A stretch of DNA of 64,000 bases from Vicinamibacterales bacterium. Its GTDB lineage: Bacteria > Acidobacteriota > Vicinamibacteria > Vicinamibacterales > UBA2999. Shown piece after piece: positions 35,497-45,482 of the stretch (position 1 is the stretch's first letter; each line of letters opens with the position of its first letter). The notes below the pieces were generated by a model. The model was given only the letters and a program-made list of their open reading frames with translations, ran no database searches and was not told where the DNA came from. The DNA is taken from NCBI GenBank assembly GCA_050246635.1, contig JBFWVR010000009.1, positions 11,807-75,806 of the forward strand, read 5' to 3'. A program made the position numbers and the translations under genes.

Positions 35497-37254
35497 ATGA
35501 ACGTGTTCCTGCGCCTGCTCGGCTACGCCCGTCGCGACCGCGCCCTGATGCTCGGGGCGGTCCTCGCGATGGCGTTGTACGGCGCCGGGTCGGCGGCCCA
35601 GGCCTACCTCATCAAGCCGATCATCGACGAGGTCCTGCCGAACCACGAGGCGCTCGGCACGGTGGCGTGGACCATCGTGATCGCCTACCTGATCAAGGGG
35701 CTGGGCGCCTACTTCTCGAGCTACCTGATGGACGACCTGGGACACCGGGTCGTCATGCGGGTGCGCAACCAGCTCTACGGGCACCTGCTGGATCAGTCGG
35801 CCGCCTTCTTCGCGCGTCGCACGACGGGCCAGCTGCTGTCGCGCATCGGGAACGACGTCGGCCAGGTGCAGCGGGCCGTGGCCGAGACGGTGGGGGACCT
35901 GGCGCGCGAGTCGCTGGCGCTCATCGGCTTCGCGGGCCTGTTGTTCTACTTCGACGCGAAGCTGGCGCTGCTCTGCATGACCGGCGCCCCGCTGGTGGTG
36001 TACCCGCTGGTGCGGATGGGCAAACGGCTGCGTATGGTCAGCCGCTGGAGCCAGGAACGCCAGGAGCACCTGTCGCACGTGGCCGGCGAGGCGTTCGCGG
36101 GCCATCGCATCGTCAAGGCGTTCGGCGCCGAGCGCCGGGAGACGGCCAAGTTCAGCGAGGCGTCGCACGAGCTGTACCGCACGAACCTGAAGGTGACCGG
36201 CGTGCTGTCGGCGCTGCCGCCCCTGATGGAGTTCCTCGGGGGCCTCGCGATCGCGGGCGCGCTCTGGTACGGCAGCCGGGAGATTGCCGGCGGCCGGCTG
36301 ACGGCGGGGGAGTTCACCTCGTTCGTGGGCGCGCTGCTGATGATGTACGGCCCGGTGAAGAAGCTGAGCCGCGTCAACGCGAACCTGCAGCAGGCGGTGG
36401 CGGCGGCCGAGCGCGTCTTCGAGCTGATCGACATCCACACGGAGGTCGTGGACCAGCCGGGCGCGGCGGTGCTCCCGCCGTTCCACGACCGCATCACGTT
36501 CGAGGACGTCGTCTTCGGTTACGAGGACGGCCACGGGCGTCACGCGCTCCGCGGCGTGAGCTTCACGGTGCGCGCCGGCGAGATGGTCGCGGTCGTGGGG
36601 CGGAGCGGCGCGGGCAAGACGACGCTGGTCAACCTGTTGCCGCGCTTCTACGACCTGACGAGCGGCCGCATCACCATCGATGGCGCCGACATCCGCGACG
36701 TGACCGTCGCATCGCTGCGCGCGCAGATCGGCATGGTGACGCAGGAGACCGTGCTCTTCGACGACACCATTGCCGCCAACATCGCCTACGGCGTGCCGGA
36801 CGCCCCGCGCGAGGCCGTCGAGGCGGCGGCGCGGGCGGCCCATGCGCACGAGTTCGTGGCCGTGCTGCCGGAGGGGTATGACACCCGCATCGGGGAGCGC
36901 GGCCAGCGGCTGTCGGGCGGCCAGCGACAGCGCCTCGCGATTGCGCGGGCCCTCCTCAAGAACTCGCCCATCCTCATCCTGGACGAGGCGACCTCGGCCC
37001 TCGACGTCGAGTCGGAGCGGCTGGTGCAGGACGCCCTGCAGACCCTGATGATGAACCGCACGTCGTTCGTCATTGCGCACCGCCTCTCGACGGTGCGGCG
37101 CGCGGATGCGATCATCGTGCTGGAGCGCGGCCGGATCGTCGAGGTGGGCCGGCACGATGAGCTGCTGGCGCGGCCGGACGGGCACTATGCGCGGCTGCAC
37201 CGGACCGAGCTCGTGGCCGGCGAGCCGCCGGCCGAAGTGCGGGCGGAGAGCTGA
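35497..37254 (+). CDS. ABC transporter, fused permease/ATP-binding protein (MsbA/lipid-exporter-like, type IV exporter fold)
   Basis: Six N-terminal TM helices, Walker A GRSGAGKTT, signature LSGGQRQRLAIARAL, Walker B ILILDEATSALD and H-loop AHRLST. Confidence 0.85.
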   Translation: MNVFLRLLGYARRDRALMLGAVLAMALYGAGSAAQAYLIKPIIDEVLPNHEALGTVAWTIVIAYLIKGLGAYFSSYLMDDLGHRVVMRVRNQLYGHLLDQSAAFFARRTTGQLLSRIGNDVGQVQRAVAETVGDLARESLALIGFAGLLFYFDAKLALLCMTGAPLVVYPLVRMGKRLRMVSRWSQERQEHLSHVAGEAFAGHRIVKAFGAERRETAKFSEASHELYRTNLKVTGVLSALPPLMEFLGGLAIAGALWYGSREIAGGRLTAGEFTSFVGALLMMYGPVKKLSRVNANLQQAVAAAERVFELIDIHTEVVDQPGAAVLPPFHDRITFEDVVFGYEDGHGRHALRGVSFTVRAGEMVAVVGRSGAGKTTLVNLLPRFYDLTSGRITIDGADIRDVTVASLRAQIGMVTQETVLFDDTIAANIAYGVPDAPREAVEAAARAAHAHEFVAVLPEGYDTRIGERGQRLSGGQRQRLAIARALLKNSPILILDEATSALDVESERLVQDALQTLMMNRTSFVIAHRLSTVRRADAIIVLERGRIVEVGRHDELLARPDGHYARLHRTELVAGEPPAEVRAES

Positions 37255-37261
37255 CACGACC

Positions 37262-38152
37262 ATGATCAAGAGCATGACGGGCTTCGCGTCCCTGACGCGC
37301 GACGAGGATCGGGGCACGCTGGGCCTCACCATCCGGGCGGTGAACCACCGGTTCCTCGATCTGCAGCTCCGGCTGCCGCCGACGCTGGCCGATCTGGAGC
37401 CGGCCATCCGGGCGCGGGTGCAGAAGCGGCTCGGGCGGGGGCGTGTCGAGGTGTCGCTGTCGCTCCAGCTGCGGCAGGCGCCGGCGCCCGACGTGGCCCT
37501 GAACGAGGAGTTCGTGGCCGCGCTGGCCGCGGCGATGGAGCTGGCGCGCGAGCGTGGGGTCATCGCGGGCACGTTGACCCCGGGGGACCTGCTGCGGCTG
37601 CCGCAGGCGCTCACGATCCGCGAGCGCCTGGCCGAGACCGGCTCGCTGGCCGAGGCCTTCGGGCCGGCGGTGGAGGCCGCGCTCGACGCCGGCATCGACC
37701 AGCTCGAGGCCATGCGGATGCGCGAGGGCGCGCACCTCGCCGCCGACTTCGACCAGCGCAAGGCGTTGCTGGCCCGCCTGGTCGAGGAGCTGGCGGCGGC
37801 CGCCGATGCGGGGCGGCAGGAGCTCGAGGCGCGGCTCACCGAACGGGCGAAGGAGCTGGCGGCGCTCGTGCCGAACGACCCGGCCGTGGTGGCGCAGGAG
37901 ATCGTGCGCGTCGCGCAGCGGTCCGACATCAGCGAGGAGGTCACGCGCTTCAAGGGGCACCTGGCGCACTGGGACGCGCTCGCCGCGAGCCCCGAGCCCT
38001 GCGGGCGCAAGCTGGACTTCCTGCTGCAGGAGATGAACCGCGAGGTGAACACGATCGGGTCGAAGGCCGACGGCGCGCTCGTGCCCGAGCGGATCATCCA
38101 GGCGAAGGCCGAGCTCGAACGGCTGCGGGAGCAGGTCCAGAATGTCGAGTAG
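37262..38152 (+). CDS. yicC: YicC family stress-induced protein
   Basis: MIKSMTGFA N-terminus, RAVNHRFLD, and the C-terminal DISEEVTRFKGHL...LDFLLQEMNREVNTIGSKA block. ATG 37262. Confidence 0.85.
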   Translation: MIKSMTGFASLTRDEDRGTLGLTIRAVNHRFLDLQLRLPPTLADLEPAIRARVQKRLGRGRVEVSLSLQLRQAPAPDVALNEEFVAALAAAMELARERGVIAGTLTPGDLLRLPQALTIRERLAETGSLAEAFGPAVEAALDAGIDQLEAMRMREGAHLAADFDQRKALLARLVEELAAAADAGRQELEARLTERAKELAALVPNDPAVVAQEIVRVAQRSDISEEVTRFKGHLAHWDALAASPEPCGRKLDFLLQEMNREVNTIGSKADGALVPERIIQAKAELERLREQVQNVE

Positions 38153-38768
38153 GCGGGCCCGCGGGCTGCTCTTCATCGTCTCGGCGCCCTCGGGCACGGG
38201 CAAGACGACGCTGGTCGAGCGGCTCGTGCAGATCCTGCCGAACCTGCGCATGTCGCGGTCGTACACCTCGCGGGCCGCCCGCACCGGCGAGCGCGACGGC
38301 GTGGACTATAATTTCATCTCCCGCACCGAGTTCCTCGTGATGGCCGACCAGGGCCTGTTCCTCGAGTGGGCCGACGTCTTCGGCAACTGCTACGGGACGG
38401 CCCGTCCCGACGTCGAGCGCCTGCTGGCGGCGGGGCAGGACGTCGTGCTCGTCATCGACGTGCAGGGCGCCCGGCAGGTCAAGGCCTGCGGGATCGATCA
38501 CACGGCGATCTTCGTGATGCCGCCGTCCTTCCAGGTGCTCGAACAGCGCCTGCGGGGGCGCAGCAAGGACACGGAGGAGCAGATGCAGCGCCGCCTGCAG
38601 ACCGCGCGTGACGAGGTCTCGAGCTACGCGGAGTACGACTACGTCGTCATCAACGACGCGCTGGAGGCCACGGTCGTGCGGCTGCAGGAGATCATCGCGG
38701 CCGAACGATCGCGCACCCACCGGATGCGTGGCGCCGTCACCGAGATCATCCGCACCTTCGGGATCTGA
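38142..38768 (+). CDS. gmk: guanylate kinase
   Basis: P-loop SAPSGTGKTTLV, YTSRAARTGERDGVDYNF and EWADVFGNCYGT blocks. It overlaps the yicC end by 11 nt. Confidence 0.9.
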   Translation: MSSRRARGLLFIVSAPSGTGKTTLVERLVQILPNLRMSRSYTSRAARTGERDGVDYNFISRTEFLVMADQGLFLEWADVFGNCYGTARPDVERLLAAGQDVVLVIDVQGARQVKACGIDHTAIFVMPPSFQVLEQRLRGRSKDTEEQMQRRLQTARDEVSSYAEYDYVVINDALEATVVRLQEIIAAERSRTHRMRGAVTEIIRTFGI

Positions 38769-38771
38769 CCC

Positions 38772-39974
38772 ATGGCTCTCATCGCACTCGGCGTGACCGG
38801 CGGCATCGGCGCCTACAAGGCGGTGGAGGTCGCGCGGGGCCTGCAGAAGCGCGGACACGACGTCGTGGCGGTGATGACCGGCGCGGCGACCCGGTTCGTG
38901 GGCCCGGTCACCTTCGAGGCGATCACGCGCCGGCGGGTGATCACCGACCAGTGGGAGCCCGGTGCCAACGCCGACATCGAGCACATCGCCCTCGCGGACG
39001 GGATCGACCTGCTGCTCGTCGCGCCGGCGACCGCCAACACCATCGCGCGCTTCGCGCAGGGACTCGGCGACGACTTCCTCACGACCCTCTACCTCGCGAC
39101 ACGCGCGCCCGTGCTGCTCGCGCCGGCGATGAACTCGAACATGTTCGCGCACCCCGCGGTCGAGACGAACCTCGGGATCCTGGCCGCGCGTGGCGTGCGG
39201 CTCGTCGAGCCGGGGGAGGGCTACCTCGCGTGCGGGTGGATCGGCAAGGGCCGCCTCGCGGAGCCGGACGAGATCGTCGCGGCGGCAGAGCGTGTGCTGA
39301 GGCCGTCCACCGCACTGGCCGGCCGGCGCGTCCTGGTGACGGCCGGGCCGACCTACGAGGACCTCGATCCCGTGCGGTACCTCGGCAACCGGTCGAGCGG
39401 CCGCATGGGGTTCGCGCTTGCCGCCGAGGCCGCCCGTCGCGGCGCCCAGGTCACGGTCGTCGCCGGGCCGACGACCGTGGAGGCGCCGGCAGGCGTCGAG
39501 ATCGTGCGGGTGCGCGGCGCGCGCGAGATGCACCAGGCGGTCCTGAGCCGGGCCGGCGATCTCGACGTCGCGATCCTCGCGGCCGCGGTGGCCGATTACA
39601 CGCCGGCGAGCGTCGCGGCGCAGAAGGTCGCCAAGCAGGAGGGCCCGCTCACCGTCACCTTCGAGCGCACGCCGGACATCCTGGCGGATCTCGGGCGGCT
39701 CCCGTCCCGCCAGGGCGGGCGGCCGGTGCTGGTCGGCTTCGCGGCCGAGACCGAGGACGTCGTCGCGCGGGCGCGTGCCAAGCGCGAGCGCAAGCAGGTG
39801 GACCTGATCGTGGCCAACGACGTCTCGCGCGATGACGCCGGCTTCGAAGTGGAGAACAACGCGGTCACGCTGGTCGACGCGGCCGGGGCGGAGGATGTGC
39901 CGCTCCAGTCGAAGGCCGCCGTCGCCGCACGGATCCTCGACCGGGTCGAGACGCTGCTGCAGAGCAGGCCCTGA
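38772..39974 (+). CDS. coaBC: bifunctional phosphopantothenoylcysteine decarboxylase / phosphopantothenate-cysteine ligase
   Basis: N-terminal flavoprotein domain (GVTGGIGAYKA, PATANTI, PAMNSNM). C-terminal CoaB domain (TAGPTYEDLDPVRYLGNRSSGRMG, AAAVADY, ANDV). Confidence 0.9.
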   Translation: MALIALGVTGGIGAYKAVEVARGLQKRGHDVVAVMTGAATRFVGPVTFEAITRRRVITDQWEPGANADIEHIALADGIDLLLVAPATANTIARFAQGLGDDFLTTLYLATRAPVLLAPAMNSNMFAHPAVETNLGILAARGVRLVEPGEGYLACGWIGKGRLAEPDEIVAAAERVLRPSTALAGRRVLVTAGPTYEDLDPVRYLGNRSSGRMGFALAAEAARRGAQVTVVAGPTTVEAPAGVEIVRVRGAREMHQAVLSRAGDLDVAILAAAVADYTPASVAAQKVAKQEGPLTVTFERTPDILADLGRLPSRQGGRPVLVGFAAETEDVVARARAKRERKQVDLIVANDVSRDDAGFEVENNAVTLVDAAGAEDVPLQSKAAVAARILDRVETLLQSRP

Positions 39975-40011
39975 GGCCCGGTAACCGGAAACCCGCATCA
40001 AGAAGAGCAGT

Positions 40012-40770
40012 GTGTCGGACGACTTTTCGGAACATCTCCGGTTCTTCGGTGAGCTTGGCGTGGCCGGCGTGAGCCGCGATCCGGCCTGGCGCCAGCGTGC
40101 GGTCGATCCGGAGGCGGCGGCGGCCGAGACCCTCGCCGCCGCGCCGCCGGCCGACGGCCCCGCCAGTGCGGCGGCCGCCGTTCGAACGACGGAAGCCGTC
40201 GGCGACCCCGCGGAGGCGCTCGCGACCCTGCGCGCCGAGATTGGCCCCCAGTGCACGCGCTGCAAGCTCGCCTCGCTCGGCCGCCGCCAGGTGGTGTTCG
40301 GGGTGGGACACCCGAAGGCCAATCTCATGTTCGTCGGCGAGGCGCCGGGGGAGGACGAGGACAAGCAGGGCGAGCCCTTCGTGGGCCGCGCCGGCCAGCT
40401 CCTCACCCGCATCATCGAGGCGATCGGCCTGACCCGCGAGCAGGTCTACATCGCCAACATCATCAAGTGCCGGCCGCCAGGCAATCGCAATCCCGAGCCG
40501 GATGAGGTCGCGACCTGCGAGCCTTTCCTCTTCCGGCAGGTCGACATCGTCCAGCCCAAGGTCGTCGTGGCGCTCGGCAAGTTCGCGGCGCAGTCGCTGC
40601 TCGCGCGGACCGACCCGATCACGCGGCTGCGTGGCCGGTTCTACGAGTACCGCGGCGTGCAGCTCATGCCGACCTTCCATCCGGCCTACCTCCTGCGCAA
40701 CCCGTCGGCGAAGCGTGAGGTGTGGGAGGACATGAAGAAGGTCCGCGCCGTCCTGCAGGGCGACGAGTAG
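40012..40770 (+). CDS. uracil-DNA glycosylase, family 4
   Basis: CTRC...motif [34 protein letters not shown] and motif [10 protein letters not shown]. It has a roughly 80-aa Ala-rich N-terminal extension. Confidence 0.85.
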   Translation: MSDDFSEHLRFFGELGVAGVSRDPAWRQRAVDPEAAAAETLAAAPPADGPASAAAAVRTTEAVGDPAEALATLRAEIGPQCTRCKLASLGRRQVVFGVGHPKANLMFVGEAPGEDEDKQGEPFVGRAGQLLTRIIEAIGLTREQVYIANIIKCRPPGNRNPEPDEVATCEPFLFRQVDIVQPKVVVALGKFAAQSLLARTDPITRLRGRFYEYRGVQLMPTFHPAYLLRNPSAKREVWEDMKKVRAVLQGDE

Positions 40771-40774
40771 GCGC

Positions 40775-43075
40775 GTGGCCGTACGCCTCGTGTCGGTCGC
40801 GGTGCCGGTGCCCGCGCTCGACCTGCTGACCTACCGCGTGCCGGAGGGCGTGCCCACGCCGGTGCCCGGCGCCCGCGTGGTGGTGCCGCTCGGCCGGCGC
40901 ACGTTGACGGGCATCGTCACCGGCGAGGCCGCACCTCCGCCGCCGGGCGAGGCAGGCTTCGAACTGCGCGACGTCACCCGCGTCCTGGACGACACCCCGT
41001 TCCTGCCACCGGAGATCCTCCAGCTCACCGAGTGGGTGTCGGACTACTACCTGGCGGGGCCGGGCGCGACGCTGGCTGCCGCGATGCCGCCGCAGGCGCT
41101 CACGAGCCGGGCCGACGCCTTCAAGACCGTGCGGGTGGCGGCCCTGACCGCCGAGGGCATCGACCTCGCCGATCGCATCGCCGCGAACCCACGGTGCGCG
41201 GGGGACGGGACGAACGATCTGCCCGCGCTGGGCACGCGCCAGCGCGAGGCGCTCGCGCTCCTGCGCGGCGCGCCACACGGGGTCGAGGCCCCCCGGCTCG
41301 CCGAGCGCGGCGTGTCGTCGGCCGTCGTGTCCCGCCTCAAGGCCATGGGGCTCGTGGCGATCCGGCAGGCGCGCGTCGAGCGGGATCCGTTCGAGGGAGG
41401 CGCCGGCCACACGCTCGGGGCGCCCGACCCGGCCGATCGCGATCGCCCGCTGACGGAGGAGCAGGCGCAGGTCGTCGACCACCTCGAGGCCGCGGCGGCG
41501 CAGCGCACGTTCCGCGTGGCCCTGCTGCACGGCGTCACGGGCAGTGGCAAGACGGAGGTGTACCTGCGCCTCGCCGAGCGTGTGCGCGCGTCCGGTCGCG
41601 GCGTGCTGATGCTGGTGCCCGAGATCGCGCTGACGCCGGCGGTGGCCGCGGTCTTCCGCGCCCGGTTCGGCGAGCGGGTCGCCGTGCAGCACAGCGGGCT
41701 CAGCGACGGCGAGCGCCACGACCAGTGGCACCGGATCCGCCGCGGGGACGTGGATGTCGTGGTCGGGACCCGTTCGGCGGTCTTCACGCCGCTGGCGCGG
41801 CCGGGCCTCCTCATCGTGGACGAGGAGCACGACACGTCCTACAAGCAGGACGAGACGCCGCGGTACCACGGGCGCGACGTCGCGGTGATGCGGGCCAAGT
41901 ACGCGGACGCCCTCGTCGTGCTGGGTTCGGCGACGCCGTCCATGGAGTCGTACGCCAATGCGACGGCCGGGCGCTACGACCTGCTCGCCATGCGCCGGCG
42001 CGTGCTCGACCGCCCGCTGGCGGCCGTCACCGTCGTCAACATGCGCGACGCGCTGGCCGACCAGGGCCCGGAGGTCATCCTGAGCGCGCCGCTGCGCGAC
42101 CGGATCGGCGCGCGTCTCGCGGAGCGGGAGCAGGTGCTCGTGCTGCTCAACCGGCGCGGATATGCCACGTCGGTCGTGTGCCGGCAGTGCGGCAGCACCG
42201 TCGACTGCCCGAACTGCAGCGTCTCCTTGACCATCCACACGGCACGCCGCGACTGGCGCGCCCGCTGCCACTACTGCAACTACGCGCGCCTCGTGCCGAA
42301 GCAGTGCCTCAACTGCGCCGCGCCGTACCTGGTGCACCAGGGGTTTGGCACCGAGCGCGTCGAGCAGGAGGTCTCGCGCCTCTGGCCCGAGGCACGTGTG
42401 GGCCGGGTCGATCGTGACACCGTGCGCCGGCGAGGCAGCCTGACGGCGATGCTCGCGCGGTTCCAGCGGCGCGAGATCGACGTGCTCGTGGGGACCCAGA
42501 TGATCGCCAAGGGGCACGACTTCCCGCAGGTGACGCTCGTCGGGGTCATCTCGGCCGACATCGGGCTGGGGCTGGCGGACTTCCGCGCCGCCGAGCGGAC
42601 GTTCCAGTTGCTGACGCAGGTGGCCGGCAGGGCCGGCCGGGGTGAACGCGCGGGTGAGGCCGTTATCCAGACGCTGTTTCCGAGCCATTACAGCATCCGC
42701 ATGGCCACCGCGCAGGATTATCCGGCCTTCTACGAGAAGGAGGTCGAGTTCCGCCGCGCGATGCGGTACCCTCCGGCCGTTGCGATGGTGAACGTCGTCG
42801 TGCGCGGGCCCTCGTTCGAGGACGCCATGAGCGCGGCCGGCGCGCTGGCCGGCCACGCACTGGAGGCGGGTGGGCAGACGGGGCAACGTGGCTTCGTCGT
42901 GCTTGGTCCGGCGCCGGCGCCGCTCACGCGCCTGCGCGGCGAGCACCGCGCGCAGTTCTTCCTGAAGGGCACCTCACGGGCCGCCATGCGGCAGGCGCTG
43001 CGGCGCGCCCTGGCGGCGCGACCGGAGCTGGCACGGCGGACGGCCGTCGACGTCGATCCGCTCACGGTGCTGTAA
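40775..43075 (+). CDS. priA: primosomal replication protein N' (PriA helicase)
   Basis: Walker A GVTGSGKTEVY, DEEHD box, Cys-rich zinc region CRQCGSTVDCPNCSVSLTIH...CHYCNY, and QLLTQVAGRAGR; 766 aa. Confidence 0.9.
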   Translation: MAVRLVSVAVPVPALDLLTYRVPEGVPTPVPGARVVVPLGRRTLTGIVTGEAAPPPPGEAGFELRDVTRVLDDTPFLPPEILQLTEWVSDYYLAGPGATLAAAMPPQALTSRADAFKTVRVAALTAEGIDLADRIAANPRCAGDGTNDLPALGTRQREALALLRGAPHGVEAPRLAERGVSSAVVSRLKAMGLVAIRQARVERDPFEGGAGHTLGAPDPADRDRPLTEEQAQVVDHLEAAAAQRTFRVALLHGVTGSGKTEVYLRLAERVRASGRGVLMLVPEIALTPAVAAVFRARFGERVAVQHSGLSDGERHDQWHRIRRGDVDVVVGTRSAVFTPLARPGLLIVDEEHDTSYKQDETPRYHGRDVAVMRAKYADALVVLGSATPSMESYANATAGRYDLLAMRRRVLDRPLAAVTVVNMRDALADQGPEVILSAPLRDRIGARLAEREQVLVLLNRRGYATSVVCRQCGSTVDCPNCSVSLTIHTARRDWRARCHYCNYARLVPKQCLNCAAPYLVHQGFGTERVEQEVSRLWPEARVGRVDRDTVRRRGSLTAMLARFQRREIDVLVGTQMIAKGHDFPQVTLVGVISADIGLGLADFRAAERTFQLLTQVAGRAGRGERAGEAVIQTLFPSHYSIRMATAQDYPAFYEKEVEFRRAMRYPPAVAMVNVVVRGPSFEDAMSAAGALAGHALEAGGQTGQRGFVVLGPAPAPLTRLRGEHRAQFFLKGTSRAAMRQALRRALAARPELARRTAVDVDPLTVL

Positions 43076-43102
43076 GCGGTCGGGCGCGCCGCGCCCGCGA
43101 CA

Positions 43103-43541
<439 letters not shown>

Positions 43542-43778
43542 GCCGTGCCTCCTTCACCGGGTGTCCGATGACGGATGACGTTGCAAGGCGGGTACCCGGG
43601 CTGGGGACTCGAACACGCGCGGCGCGCGCCCGAGATTGGGGCCGACCCTGCCAGAAGTGGGCAGCGCGGGCGTCAGGAAACGGGGACGGCCACCCTTCGA
43701 AGCTGGCGTGTGCCTTGCAACCCTCACACTGCGACGGCCCGCACATGACGTGCGCCGCCGACCACAGGGGAGAGGATC

Positions 43779-43946
43779 ATGCTGAGCTGGGCCGTGACGT
43801 TCCTGATCATCGCACTCATCGCCGGAGTGCTGGGCTTTGGTGGAGTGGCCGGCGCGGCCGCAGGCATCGCGAAGGTGCTCTTCGTGATCTTCATCGTGCT
43901 GTTCCTGATCTCGATCATCAGCGGCGCGATTCGCAGACCCGTCTGA
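43779..43946 (+). CDS. DUF1328 (UPF0391) family small membrane protein
   Basis: 55 aa, [55 protein letters not shown], which is the typical two-helix DUF1328 pattern. GGGGAGAGG SD before ATG 43779. It is below the ORF-track length cut-off. Confidence 0.75.
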   Translation: MLSWAVTFLIIALIAGVLGFGGVAGAAAGIAKVLFVIFIVLFLISIISGAIRRPV

Positions 43947-44072
43947 CGACGTGATCGTGGGCCCGGGGGCGGGGCTCCAGCGCGAGAGCCCCGTCGCAGT
44001 CGCGCACGTGAGCCAACCCGTGCGATGAGGCGTCCGTGCGTGGTGGGGGCTCGCGGTCTGGGGAGCCGCGTC

Positions 44073-45047
44073 TCATAGGCCGCCGGTGACGAACGGCTCG
44101 ATGGGCGCGGGCGTGAAGCAGAGGATGAGCATCACCAGGCCGAACACCGCCAGCCACCGGCGGCTGGCGTCGAGGGGCTCGTGCTCATCGAGCGTGGGGG
44201 GGTGCTGAGGCCCCATCACGAACAGCATCGCCACCAGCAGCAGCGTCCAGACGAGCCACGACGACGACACGAACACCGTGAGGCCGACGGCCACGAGGAT
44301 CATCACCACCGTCACCACGGTGGAGCGACGGCCGAGCACGGCGTAAGTGACGTGACCACCATCGAGCTGGCCGATGGGAAACAGGTTCAAGGCCGTCGCG
44401 AGCAGCCCGAACCAGGCGGCAAAGGCCATCGGGTGCATGTTCACGGAGTAGCCATCCGGCACGCTGCCGAACACCACCCACGACGCGAACCGGAAGAGCA
44501 GCGGCTCGCCGAGTTCGTACCCCTCGAAGCCGGTCGGCAGCGCAATCACCCGCGACAGCCACAACCCCACGAACAACGCCGGCACCGCGACCACGAAGCC
44601 GGCAATGGGACCCGCCAACCCGATGTCGAACAGCGCGACTTTCGAGGGGATGCGCGAGCGGATACGGATGAACGCGCCGAGCGTACCCGTCAACGGGAGG
44701 GGGGCCGGCAGGAAGAACGGGGGCGTCGCATCCACCCGGTAATGAAGGCACGCGACGTAGTGCCCCATTTCGTGGCAGCCCAGGATGGCCAGCACCGTCA
44801 GGGAGTACCAGAGGCCGTGGGCGTAGAACGACCACGAGCTGAAGTCGAGGGTGACCTGGCTCGTGAAGTTCGCCTCGAACGACGCGTAGTGGAGGCCGCC
44901 GACCAGGGTGGTGGTGACGACGGTGAGCGCCAGCAGGAGGACGTGCAGCCATCGCCGCTCGCGGGACCGCGGCGGGATGGGTGGCGCATAGTACGTCCCA
45001 TCGTCGCCCGGCCAGGGCGGCGTCGGGATTTGGTCGAGTGCCCGCAC
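44073..45047 (-). CDS. site-2 protease family protein (peptidase M50)
   Basis: Polytopic membrane protein with HEMGHY (HExxH) in a TM helix and a downstream LDGG-type motif (IGQLDGGHV). Confidence 0.8.
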   Translation of the reverse strand: MRALDQIPTPPWPGDDGTYYAPPIPPRSRERRWLHVLLLALTVVTTTLVGGLHYASFEANFTSQVTLDFSSWSFYAHGLWYSLTVLAILGCHEMGHYVACLHYRVDATPPFFLPAPLPLTGTLGAFIRIRSRIPSKVALFDIGLAGPIAGFVVAVPALFVGLWLSRVIALPTGFEGYELGEPLLFRFASWVVFGSVPDGYSVNMHPMAFAAWFGLLATALNLFPIGQLDGGHVTYAVLGRRSTVVTVVMILVAVGLTVFVSSSWLVWTLLLVAMLFVMGPQHPPTLDEHEPLDASRRWLAVFGLVMLILCFTPAPIEPFVTGGL

Positions 45048-45050
45048 TCC

Positions 45051-45320
45051 CTATCCGATGTTCTGGAGTTCCTTGCCCGGCTTGAAACGGATGGTCCGCC
45101 CTGGAGGAATCCTGACTTCCTTGCCCGTCCGGGGGTTGCGACCGATGCCCCGTTTGCGTGGCTTCACCTGGAACACGCCAAAGCCCCTGAGCTCGATGCG
45201 TTCGCCGCGCTGCATCGAGTGCCGCATGGCCTCGAACACCGCGTCCACCGCCAGCTCGGCCTTCACCTTCGTAATCTCGGCCACGCGCGAGACCTCGTTG
45301 ACGATGTCGACCTTGATCAT
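45051..45320 (-). CDS. HU/IHF family DNA-binding protein (IHF-beta-like)
   Basis: 89 aa with VFEAM...GERIELRGFGVFQVKPRKRGIGRNPRTGKEVRIPPGRTIRFKPGKEL, the canonical beta-arm signature. Confidence 0.9.
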   Translation of the reverse strand: MIKVDIVNEVSRVAEITKVKAELAVDAVFEAMRHSMQRGERIELRGFGVFQVKPRKRGIGRNPRTGKEVRIPPGRTIRFKPGKELQNIG

Positions 45321-45482
45321 GCCAGAGGGGCTCCTAAAGCAATGCAGGCATTGTAGTTAGGGCGAGGCGCGCCTGTCAAACCGCAAGTGCCTCTGTTAGA
45401 ACCATTTATCGGCACCTGTCCGCGGGGCCTGTAGACCACGGGCCGACAACCCCTTCAATTCCTGTAAGATAGGGGCGCTGCC

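Noticed and set aside
35395-42946. Three consecutive 760-900-aa reverse-strand ORFs (35395-38097, 38094-40415, 40664-42946)
   Set aside because: Each runs antisense across several motif-rich forward-strand genes (ABC exporter, yicC, gmk, coaBC, UDG, priA). No recognisable domains, extreme Arg/Ala/Gly/Pro bias.
43568-43954. 128-aa forward-strand ORF and 64-aa reverse-strand ORF (43724-43918) overlapping the DUF1328 gene
   Set aside because: Both are in the wrong frame or on the wrong strand relative to the 55-aa DUF1328 reading frame. That frame has an SD, a family-typical sequence and hydrophobic helices. The alternatives are Arg/Ala/Gly-rich.
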